A stretch of DNA of 63,786 nt, the filler included, from Basidioascus undulatus (Eukaryota), in the NCBI GenBank assembly GCA_000826855.1. It is 6 parts of 6 records of this genome, joined end to end, with 100 filler letters (N's around TTAATTAATTAA, not from the genome) between each part and the next. Parts side by side here need not be neighbours in the genome. Positions count along the whole stretch, not along the records: positions 1 to 28,348 come from JTLS01000261.1; 5 more parts are not named here. One strand, written 5' to 3'. The position numbers and the translations under genes are program-made. The notes under the pieces are model-generated. The model had not been told where the DNA came from and did not search any database. It was given only the letters and a program-made list of their open reading frames with translations. Below are positions 13,179 through 24,535 of this stretch, piece after piece (the first letter of the stretch is position 1; each line of letters starts with the position of its first letter).

Positions 13179-16100
13179 CTAAGCCGCACCCGCGGCCATC
13201 TGCATGCCTGAATAAACCGAGGACATCAAGATCATCAGTGGGAAGTTCGATGATGGATATTGAGCCTAGAAGGCATATTTGGAAGCGCACCCTTGATGTT
13301 GTGCCGGCGGACGAGGAACGCTGCAAGGGCGGCGCCGGCGCCGGCGGGAATCGCTGCCAGACAGGGGGACGTTAGGTAGGAACGGCGTTGACTGCATACC
13401 CTCATGTACCGATGAGATAGACGTAGTTAAGACTGCGGACATAGGCGGCGATGATGGGAACACGCTGGTCATCGGGGAGAGCTGAAAAGCAAGTGCATGC
13501 GTGTCAATACGAACGTCCATAGGAGTACGAACACTTATGAATTTTGAATGCACTCTTAATCACCTCCACGCTCGCGCGGACAGCGTTGACCAAGTCAGAG
13601 GGCGCATTCTAAGATATCCGTCCAGAGTCAGGCGAGGTGAGAACCTGCGTCAGACAGAAGGAGGAACTCACAGGCAGACGGGAGCGCAGTTCCTCGGTGA
13701 ACTTGGTGGCAAAGATGCTGCTGCCGATCGCAATACCAATAACACCTGAAGGACCTCTCATTAGCGCAAGACGGGGGTACTTGAGCGAGCCGAGGTGGAC
13801 TGACCTCCAATGAGCTGGAACAGGGTAACGGCAGCGGTGGCGATGGGGATGAGCGCTTCGTTGTCGCGGTGCTCGGCTCTGTAGGCAGGCCTCATTAGCA
13901 GACGAGCTTGATAAGATGCAAGCAAAGTACGCACTGAACGGAGACGATCGGGTTCTGTAGCGTGGCACCGACACCGAATCCGAGGAGGATCTGCGAGGGG
14001 TAGTGAGCGGATGGTTTGAGCGAGCATTGCGAGAGGCTGGTGATTACCTGGAAGCCGATCAACTTGGCGTCGCTGCTATCGACATGAATTGTGTACAACA
14101 GGCCGGCGGCAACGGCGTAGACAAGTGGGCCGGCCACGAGCCAGGACCAGTAGTGACCCGTCAAGCTGATGATACTGGCGGCGAGGAAGGCGCCCGGAGC
14201 ACAGGCGTGAGGGCCGCGGCCAATGAAAATTACCGCACTACTCACATTCCCGATCCGGCGGAGCCCGCAACGACAAGAAGCATGAACGGGAGAATGCTGA
14301 TGCCGCTCTTGGTCGCGGACTGGCCCTTGACCGCCTGGTATTGCAGCCTGTGCCGCTCGACAGGTTTAGCCTGCTTTGATATCGGTCTCCAATAAAATAA
14401 TGCTTACGGCAAGAAATACGTTCCTAGCAAAAGAGCCATCATGGTGAAGAACGCGATCGCGCAGGCGCCCACTTGGGTGCGGTTCTTGAAGAGGTAGAGA
14501 GGGAGCATCGCCCGCTTCTTCATGTACTTCTCCCTGCGCGCCGCAAGCGTTTCCCCCAGGTCAGTCCCGAGGCATCAACAAGATCCTGCAGGAAGACATC
14601 TCGCCAGAAGATAAAGATGGGAAGAATCGCGCCGAAGACGCAGAAGAGCGCGATGACACGCTTGTCGTTCCACGGGTAGAGGTTTCCGCCCCATTGCAGC
14701 GGAAGGAGCAGCGACGTAGTAAGAGAAAGAATGAGAATCTATCCATGCCCGAGAAAGGACGTCAGGAAACAGCGTGACCATAGCTGAACGAGAACACGAA
14801 CAGCGCCGACCCAGTCCAGCTGAAGCCACCTCTGCTTGGCAGAGCGCGTGTCGCCGGCAACGACGACGGGAGGCGCACGGCTATGAAACAGAAAAGCGTC
14901 AGCTATAGGATTAAGCGTTGGCCGTGACGCGGGGCGCACTGCTTGATGAAGAACAGGATGTCGACAATGGTAAGCACCCCGACAGGCAAGTTGATGTAGA
15001 AGCTGCCGTCGGCGGACGAGCGTGAGTACGCAAGTGTAGGGCATCGACGAAAGGAACAATGCGGGCGTACCACCACCTCCACGAAACGTGGTCCGTGAAC
15101 GCGCCGCCCATTAGAGGCCTGTAAAAGAGGATACCAGATCAGCGATAACTGCTGACTTCAACCAGGTGAGGCGGGACGTACCCGATCACCGACGCCAAAC
15201 CGAAGCATGCACCGAAGGCACCTGAACCAAATTCAGCTGGCGCGTGAGCGGACAAAGAAGAAAGCGGTAGCTCACCGAACAGCTTCGGCCTGTCCTCCAA
15301 GCGACTGATCTCGGCGATGACAGACAGGCAGGTGACGCTGTGAAAAGGCCGGACATCAGTGAGGAACTCTTCCAGCGACAACATAATTCAATAGACGTAC
15401 AAGATACCGGCTGCACCGACACCGGCGACCGCGCGTCCGAAGATGAGGAACTCGATGTTGGGCGCGACGCCGCAGAAGAGGGAGCCGAGCTCGACTGAGA
15501 AGAGAAGTCAGTCGGTGTGCTCAACAGCGAAAGCGGGGTGGTGGGAAGACGTACAGAAACCAACAGCTGCAAGGAAGACCTGGAAGGAAAGGCATTCAGA
15601 AGAAGGCTGGGCTAAGGGACGTGGACCTGGCATACGAATTTGGTCGGCGCGATGGTGAGGATCTGGACGTCGTTGGGGAGACGAGTGAGCATGCTGCAGT
15701 TCGGCGAATTCGAGAAATGAGTAATCACCTGCCCGTAGAGAGGCATGAATCCAGCTCTGAAGTGCAGAAGCAGTGTCAGTGAGAGGCAACGACAAGAGTC
15801 GGCATGCGAAGAGCGATTGGGCGCTGACGCACTGAGTCAGGAAGTAGGCTGTGTATGTGCGTGTGAGTCCTGGGCAAAATGGCAAGAAAGATACTGAGCT
15901 GTCTTACCGGTGATCACCCAGGAGTAGTCGTCAAACGCATTGAAGCGAGAAACACTGCCGCAGAAAGCAAGTCAGAGACCGACTATCCACCCCCCACGAT
16001 CACATAACTCACACGACGGGCAGAGCAGGAGCGAGGATGGTCTGGTCGAGAGCGATGAGGAAAACAGCCAGCTGCGATGCCAAAATGACGGGTTCAGCCC

Positions 16101-16387
16101 ATCTCGCAACCTGCAGAGCAGATGTTGAAGCAGCTTACCATCATGCCGGAGAACACGAGCGCGAGCTTCTTCCCCGTCAGGTAGCGCTCCTCGTCGTCCT
16201 CCGCAGGCGGGACAGCAGACGGCGCGACGTCCGAGCTTGTCTTGCCCGTCCTGATCTTCTCGAGCTCGGCGCCGCCGTCGGCCTTGGACGCGAGCGCGGG
16301 CTCGTCATGGCTCGGCGTGCGCGTCGGCGTGCTGGATGGAATGGCGGAGGGGGAGTCCTTCTCGAGGGAAGGGACGTGGTCTGACAT
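13179..16387 (-). CDS. MFS transporter, DHA2 (14-TMS drug:H+ antiporter) family, many exons
   Basis: Motifs LAVFLIALDQTILAPALP, SWVITAYFLTQAGFMPLYGQ, FLIFGRAVAGVG, GACFGLASVIG, GGAFTDHVSWRW and YFLPxxYQAVKGQSATKSG. The C-terminus is inferred as ...KGMQMAAGAA*. Confidence 0.92.
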
Positions 16388-17382
16388 CGTCCACTGGTGG
16401 GGTGGTTGAATGGGAATGGGAGATGATGCGGGGGTGGGTATAGGTGAAGGAACGTATGGGGTGGGGTTTAAGAAGGCGGGAGGGGAAGAGGCAGTGTTGA
16501 ACAAGGCCGCCGGAGAGGCGCGCGCTAAGGGGGATTAGAAGAGGCGAAGGAGGCGGTGAGAAGGCAGGGGGTTGAGTCAGGTTGAGACTGGCTGCCGAAG
16601 GAGAGTGTGCCGGAGGACGCGCGTCGGATGAAGAACGCGTGTGCGAAGACGTATCGGCAGCGAGTCGGGGACCGGCGACTTGCCCTCGAGTAGCGCGAAA
16701 TTGGTCAGCAACGAGCCTCTTCAGTCGCGAGAACAGAAGGATCCGTGAGCTGACTGAGCGAAAGAAAGAGAAAGAGACAAAAAAGATGCGAGTCGAGAAG
16801 GCCAAAGCCACCACGCCCCCGCGATTGTCCGCTCCGCCATGTTCAGTTCCGGACGTGCCTCCCTCCGCCAGCGCGCCAAGGGCAGCCGTGCTGCCTCTTC
16901 GGGTATGGGCAGTTCAATGAGTTCGATGCCCGAATGCCTGCAAGAACGCCCATCGGCTTGACGGGTGGCGATGTGGGCATCGTGAATGCTCGAAAGATGG
17001 ACAGCAGCCTGGCAGCGAGGATGGGCACAGTGAACTCTACATTGAATAGTGAGACATCGTGTTGGAGTACTGTCAGTGAGTTTCGAGGAGTCCAAGGAGC
17101 TGATTGCTGCCAGTTTCTGGCTGCATACAGGAGGATTTTGGATGCTCATGAGGAGGAGGAGCTCAAAATGGATTGAGGGGCCAAGCTGCAGTTTATTCAG
17201 CGAAGGCTGCCGAGCGAACTTCGGGGCCCGAAGCCTAGCAAAGCGTGAATGACCGGAGCCGGTGCGGCCGTGTTGCCGTCCGAAGACGCGAACTCGCCTT
17301 CTGTCTTGTTGCTCTCACCGCGGAGCTCACGCAGCTTCAACTCATCTTTACACGAACAACAGCTTAAGAGACTAATCGAAGC

Positions 17383-20300
17383 ATGTCGTCGCTGGACGAG
17401 TACCTTGCGACGCTGCTCGGCGCGGAGCCGCGCGCGACGGCGTCGACTGCTGAGCTCGATGACTTCGTTCGTCAAGTCGAGCAGATGCCCAAGTGAGCTG
17501 CACAGTCGTCCTGCCATGCTCCATGTGGATGGTTGATTGAATTCGTGGATCTTCAGACCACCTTCGGCTCCTCCGGCTCCCCCACCGCCCCCTCAACTTG
17601 ACCCCGACCCCTCCTCGTCCACTCTCGCCGCCTACCGCACGCGCTCCCAGACCCGCCGTGCACGCCCTCCGCCGGCTGCTGAGAGAGCGCCTGAGCCTCC
17701 CGTCGTCGCGGGAACGTCATCCTCAATCTCATTCGTACCATCCAAGCTCTCCGAGTGCGTCCACTACAAGCGGGTCAGAGAGAATGCGGAGGCCTGATCG
17801 GATCTACTGCACAGGCACCTGTCCACCGCGTACCCCGATGCGCCGCTGCGCACCCAGATGAAGGCGGAGCTCACCGCTCTTCTGCGCTCCGCGCGGTCGT
17901 CGGATGATATCTCCGCGCAGCTGGTGGAGATCCTGGGCTTCGAGGCGCTGGACCTCGTCACGGACGTGCTGGGGGCGAGGGAGGAGGTGGGCAAAGCTCT
18001 TGAGGTCGAGGTAAGTCTTCTGAAGCGTTTGTAGATTGAGGACCCGCTCATTGGAGGAAGGAGGACTCCCAAAGATCACTGCACTCTCGCGCGCATCTTC
18101 CGCGCCTACCTCCCACCGCGCTACCCCGCCGCCGCCGATGCACGAGGACGGACACGCCGCACAGGGCCCACGAACGCACGTCCCGTCCGCGCAGGTGCGC
18201 GTGCAGACCACGCAGGAGATCAAAGCTGCGAAGGCGGCTCGGGCGGAAGCGCGTCGGGCGGCCAAAGCGAGGGAACACGGATACGGTCGGTCGGTTCCTG
18301 GGGCAGGGTCGCGCTCGGCTGCTGATAGCGATTCAAACTGGTGCAGAGGATGACTCGATTGCACTCACCGCTGAGGAGGCCGAGCGGCACATCCAGGAGC
18401 AGCTGGAGGCGAACGCGAATAGGCCTTTGTTTTCAGGGAACGGTGCAGTGCGTTTCGCTGCTTCATGACCCCGGTTGCGCCCGGCTGCTCACTCAACGCC
18501 TTTTTGTACGAAGGCTATTCAAGCCGTCCCAGTATACCCTCACGTCTACTCCTCATCCAACGCGAGTGGCAACGTCCTCTCCGCGATGGGCTCCAAGTTC
18601 ATGCTGCCGATCGGGACGACGCGGGAGGAGCATGAGGTGGATCCGCTCTCCAAGCCCTGGATGAGAATAAAGACCAGTCCCTGAGCTCGTCCGGCTTTCA
18701 CAGGTTTACGAGGAGGTCATCATCCCGCCAGCCCGGACGGTTCCTCCTCGCGAGACGGAGCGGCTGGTGCCCATCGTCGAACTCGATGCGTTGTGCAAGG
18801 GCTCTTTCCCTGTTCGTGTCTCCCCGATTGAAGTTTTATGATCAGGACCTGACGCAGTTTTCCGGATGGTGCAGGGCTACAAATCCCTTAACCGCATCCA
18901 GTCGATCGTCTTCCCCACTGCCTACAAGACCAACGAGAACATGCTCATCTGCGGCAAGTCAACACTCGCGCTCGCCCGACCCCGCTTTTGCAGTTGCTCA
19001 CTGATAACCTATCCATTCCACAGCTCCGACCGGTGCTGTACGCTTGCCCGCTTATCGCGCTATTCCGGCTTAGCGTGGTATTACGGCGTGACACTGATAT
19101 CTCCACACACTGCAGGGTAAAACCGACGTAGCGATGCTCGCGGTCCTCCGCGTCATTTCGCAATACGCCAACGCGGCTGCCTTGGCCGGGCAGCCGACTC
19201 AGGCGAACGGCAAGGCGCCTGCTGGTCCCGCTTCCTTCGGCATCGCGAAGGACGAGTAAGCCACATCTCGTCTTCCTTTTCGAACGCGCTGGTGCAATTG
19301 CGCTGAGCTATCTGCAATATCAGCTTCAAGATCATCTACGTCGCGCCGATGAAGGCACTCGCCGCTGAAATTACGCGCAAGCTCGGCAAGCGCCTCGCAT
19401 GGCTCAACATGAAAGTTCGGGAGTTGACGGGTATGTTGGATTGCTTCCGCGCGGATCTTGCGCTGGCTGCAATTCTGACACACGGCCGCTCTCGATGCGC
19501 AGGTGACATGCAGATGACCAAGGCCGAGATCAACGAGACGCAAATCATCGTTACCACGCCGGAGAAGTGGGACGTCGTGACCCGGAAGCCTACCGGCGAG
19601 GGCGAGCTGGCGTCGAAAGTCCGGCTGCTCATCATCGACGAGGTGCGGCGTCCTTCTTTTCGCCCTAGCTATTTCCTGCGCAAGGCTTAATCTATCTTGC
19701 GATGCATAGGTCCACCTCCTGAACGAAGAGCGCGGTGCGGTCATCGAGACGATCGTCGCCCGGACGCTGCGCCAGGTTGAGTCGAGCCAGTCGCTCATCC
19801 GCATCGTCGGCCTCAGCGCAACGCTCCCGAATTACATCGATGTCGCTGATTTCCTCCGGTGCGACCCACTCGCTACTCGAATACCCGCGCGCCCATCGCT
19901 AATCCACTGCCGGATCGCAGCGTCAACCGCTACACCGGCCTCTTCTACTTCGACTCCTCCTTCCGCCCTGTCCCCCTCGAGCAGCACTTCATCGGCGTCA
20001 AGGGCAAGCCGAACAGCCCCATGAGCAAAAGGAACCTTGACCAGGCTACATTCGAGAAGGTGTGTTATCTGCCCCGCTCCTCTTTCTTCGCGAGGATGGG
20101 CTCACGCAATCGTCCACACAGGTCTCCGAGCTCGTCGAGCAGGGCCATTCCGTCATGGTCTTCGTGCATGCGCGCAAAGTGCGTCAGCAGTCTGTCATGA
20201 TCGCACCCCCCGAACTGCAATTGACGGGTGCCTTCACAGGAAACTGTCAAGACCGCGGAGACGCTGAAAGACATGGCGATGAAAGAGGGCCTGAGCGACG

Positions 20301-23300
20301 CGTTCGACACGCGGGACCACCCCAAGTTCGAGTGGTACAGGCGCGAGATCGGCACGTCGCGGAATAAGGAGATGAAGGTAAGCCCTTGGCTCGTGTGTTT
20401 CTGTCCGAGGGAACCGAGTTACTGACGCAGTAATCAACGCAGCAATTGTTCGACTCGGGCTTCGTGAGCGTTGCACTGCATTTCTAATTTGAGCCACGCG
20501 AGAAGCTGACGGGTTGGTCATGCTACAGGGCATTCACCACGCCGGTATGCTGCGAAGTGACCGGAACATGATGGAGAAGATGTTCGAAGACGGCGCGATC
20601 AAGGTGCGCCAAGGTTTTATCGCGCTTGCACGCGCTCTTGCACGCCGAAGCAAACTGATAGTCTTTTCTGCAGGTGCTCTGCTGTACGGCCACGCTCGCT
20701 TGGGGTGTCAACTTGCCCGCGCACGCCGTCGTGATGTATGTTCCGATATTCAGCCGCTGCTGCGACACCCACTGATTGTTCAATCCTCTTTACAGCAAGG
20801 GCACGCAGGTGTACGACAGCTCGAAGGGTTCCTTCACGGATCTGTCGATTCTCGACGTGCTGTGCGTTCTTCGCCTTGTATCACCGAAGGGCGGCGGCAA
20901 TGAACATACCTGTCTTGGCCGTGCAGTCAGATCTTCGGTCGCAGTGGTCGTCCCGGCTACTCGACTAGCGGTGTTGCGTGGCTCTGTACGACGCAAGATA
21001 AGCTCGGTGAGCGTTTCGGCCCCTTCGAAACTGTTACGATTTCTGAACACAGTCGACGCAGATCACTATATCAACTTGATTGCCTCGCAGCATCCCATCG
21101 AATCCAAGTCTGTCATCCACGCCCCGCTTCCTCCTGGTGCTGCTGCTGATGCATCTCTCATTCAGGTTCCACACCGGCATCGTCGACTCGCTGAACGCGG
21201 AGATCGCCCTCGGGACGGTGGCAAACGTCGCGGAGGCCGTGCAATGGCTCAGCTTCACGTACCTCTTCGTGCGAATGCGTCGAAATCCTATGGCATACGG
21301 TATGCTCGTCCTTTACCCTGCCGTTTAAGCATCCAGCTTATGCCCGACTCCGCACAGGCATGACGCACGACGAGCCGGTCGACGACCCGCAGCTCGGCGG
21401 CAAACGTGTGCAGCTTATCACGTCAGCCGCCCGGCAGCTCGCCGCCGCGCGCATGATCCAGTTCGACGAGGTGATCGGCTCCCTCACGGCCGAGGACCTC
21501 GGCAAAATCGCGAGTCGGTACTACATCCGCCACGAGTCGATCAGCATCTTCAACAAGGAGCTGCGGCCCTTCATGTCCGAGGCGGACGTCCTCGCTGTCG
21601 TCTGCCAGAGTGTCGAGTTCGACCAGGTCCAGGTCCGCGAGTCTGAGGTGCCCGAGTTGAAGAAGCTCATGGAAGAGGTCATTCCATGTCAAGTCAAGGT
21701 ACGCTGGCTCTTCTGGCTTCGGAAAGGTTATCGCTCACGACGTTTTGGTGTGCAGGGCGGCACCGACACGTCGCAAGGCAAGGTCAACATCCTGCTGCAG
21801 GCGCACATCAGTCGCGCGTTCATCGAAGACTTCGCGCTCGTTTCTGACTCGGCGTACGCGGCGCAGGTGCGTTCGGCCTGCCCTCGTGCATACTGACTTT
21901 CCGCTGATCGTCTTTCGCTAGAATGGCGGCCGCATTATCCGAGCGCTTTTCGAGATCGGCCTGAGCCGAAGATGGGCGACTACGACGTTGGTGCTGATGT
22001 CGATGAGCAAGGTAAGCCCCCTGCGACAATGCCAGCCCCAGCGAAAAACTTACCTTTGGAAACCCCACAGGCGATCGAGAAGCGGCTCTGGCCTTTCGAC
22101 CACCCTCTGAAGCAGCAGTTCGGCCTGTCAGAAGACGTGCTCTACAACCTGACGCGATGGGCAGACGAGCTCGCCGTCTCGGAGATCGCCGAGTACAACG
22201 CGGCGGACCTTGGTCAGCTCATCCACCTCAACGAGCGGCACGGCAGCGCCCTTCTTCGCGCCGCTCGCGGCTTCCCCACGCTCGGCATTCGCACCGCCCT
22301 TCGCCCGCTCAGCCACGACGTGCTCCAAGTGACCGTGCTGGCGCGACGCGCGTTCGACTGGAACGACAAGGCGAGCGGCGGATCCGAACCGTTCTGGCTG
22401 TGGGCCGAGGGCGAGGACGCGATCGAGATCCTCCAGTGGTCGCACGTTTTCGTCCGCCCGACGAGCGACGTCCTCAAAATCGACTTCGTCGTCCCGATCG
22501 ATGCAGCGAAGCGGCCGACTAGCCTGGGCATCCGCGCCGCTTCTGATCGCTGGCTCGGCGCCGAGGAGCTCGTTACCGTCTCTCTCGAGGACCTCATCCT
22601 CCCTCCTCCCCCTTCCCCACCCGCACCACTCCTTCAACTCCCCTTCGTCCCGGTCTCGGCCCTTAGCGATCCTGCGCTTGAAGCTGTTTACGGGCAACGC
22701 ATTCGATCCTTCAACGCCATTCAAAGTCAGTGTTTCTGGTCGTTCTACCACTCGTCGGCCAGTACCGTCGTCTGTGCGCCCGCCGCCGCCGGCAAGAGCA
22801 CGTTGACCCAACTTGCTATTTGGTAGGCTCTTTTGAAATGTTCCCGCGCAGATCGATGCTCACCGGGTGTTCTCTCTGCTCGGCTGAAACAGGCAAGCGT
22901 TCCGAAAGGACCGCAATGCCAAGGTCCTCATCGTCGTCCCTCGACGAAGTCTCGCTCGCGACATCGCGTACGAGATGCGCCGCGACTTCGCGCAGCCCAT
23001 GGGCATCAAGGTCTCCGTCCTCGCGAGCGGCGACGACCTCGACCGGCAGCTGCGGCTCTCGCGATCCGTCCTCGTCGCGACACCCGTTACCCTCATCCGC
23101 CTCCTCCGCTCCTCTTCCTCAGCGTCGTACCTGCAGAAGCTCGCTCTCGTTGTCGCGGAGGACCTGCACCTGCTCGACGCGCAGCACGAGCTTGCCCTGG
23201 CCGCTCTTCGCGCCGGTACTCAACCAATCGGCGTCCGCTTCGTCTGCGCGAGTGCGTCGCTCGATGACCCGTCAGATCTCGCTCGTTGGTTCGGTGTCCA

Positions 23301-24333
23301 GCCCGAGATGCTGCACGGCTTCCATCCGAAGGACCGCGGCGTCCCGCTCGTGACGAACGTCCAGACGTTCTCTGTTGTGCACTCGGCCGCGCTCATGAAG
23401 TCGATGATCAAGCCGACGTACAACCTTGTCAAGTCCGCCGCCGGCCCTGCCATCCTCTTCGTCCCGTCCCGCACCCAGTGCCGTACCGTCTCGAACGACC
23501 TCGTGACGACGTCCGCGACCGACGCGGACCTCGCCGGCCTGGCGGGCGCGCCGGCGCACGNGGAGCCGTACCTCGAGCAGCTACGAGACAAGTCGCTCGC
23601 GAGCTCTCTCCTGCACGGCATAGGCATCTACCACGATGGCGTGGCTGCTGAGGACCTCGCGCTCACGCTCGAGCTCTTCGTCTCGGGCGTGCTGCGCGTG
23701 CTCATCGCTCCTCGCGAAGCGTGCTGGACGCTGCCGGTCCGCGCGTCGCTCGTTGTCGTCATGGGCACGCAGTACGTCGAGATCCTGGGCGAGCGCGGCG
23801 AGGCGTACGACCGGCGCGACCGCCAAGTGCGCGACTACCCGCTCGTCGAGGTCGCGCGCATGCAGGGCTTCGCGACGGGCGCACCCGCCACCGGCGCGGC
23901 TACGGGCGCGGCGGGCCAGCTCGTGCTCATGGTCCAGGACGGCGGGAACCGGGACCTGTACACGCGCTTCCTCCACTCGGGGCTCCCGCTCGAGTCGTCC
24001 CTCGAGGGCAGCGACGCGCTCCGCGAGTTTGTGCGCTTCGAGCGCCGCGCAGACCGCATTCGCTCGCCGCAGGACGTGGTCGACCTCCTCTCCCACACGT
24101 TCCTGTTCCGCCGGCTCAGCTCCAACCCGTCGTTCTACGACGCCAACTCCGCCGAGGAACGCGACGCTCGCCTGTCTCGCATTGTCGACGCCGTCTGGGA
24201 AGAGACCAACCCGCCCCCGCCTCCGCCGCCCAAGGCTCCGAAGGCGATGGTTGGTCCCCCGCCGGCGCAAGCAGACGCGAAGCCTGTCGACGTCGCGCCT
24301 GCCGGCGGATCGTCTGCAGTCGTAACTGACTAG
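17383..24333 (+). CDS. SLH1: Ski2-like tandem helicase SLH1/ASCC3 (RQT2) with Sec63 domain
   Basis: [30 protein letters not shown] (Walker A), [60 protein letters not shown] and QIFGRSGRP, followed by a Sec63 region and a second, degenerate cassette. One N at 23561. Confidence 0.93.
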
Positions 24334-24535
24334 CTCCTTCCCTGCCACTCTGACTGTAGACCTGCACCCGCCCTACATGCATAGCATACACCAAAGCAAA
24401 TCGCATTATCATGTTTATGTTCGTGGTCAAATAACCGTCTGTCTAGTTCTATTGCAAGCAAGCAGACACCAAGTTGCCAAACTAAAGTACGAGCCGAGAA
24501 AGTCAGGTCTGCGTCCCGCAACATCCCCCATGCCC

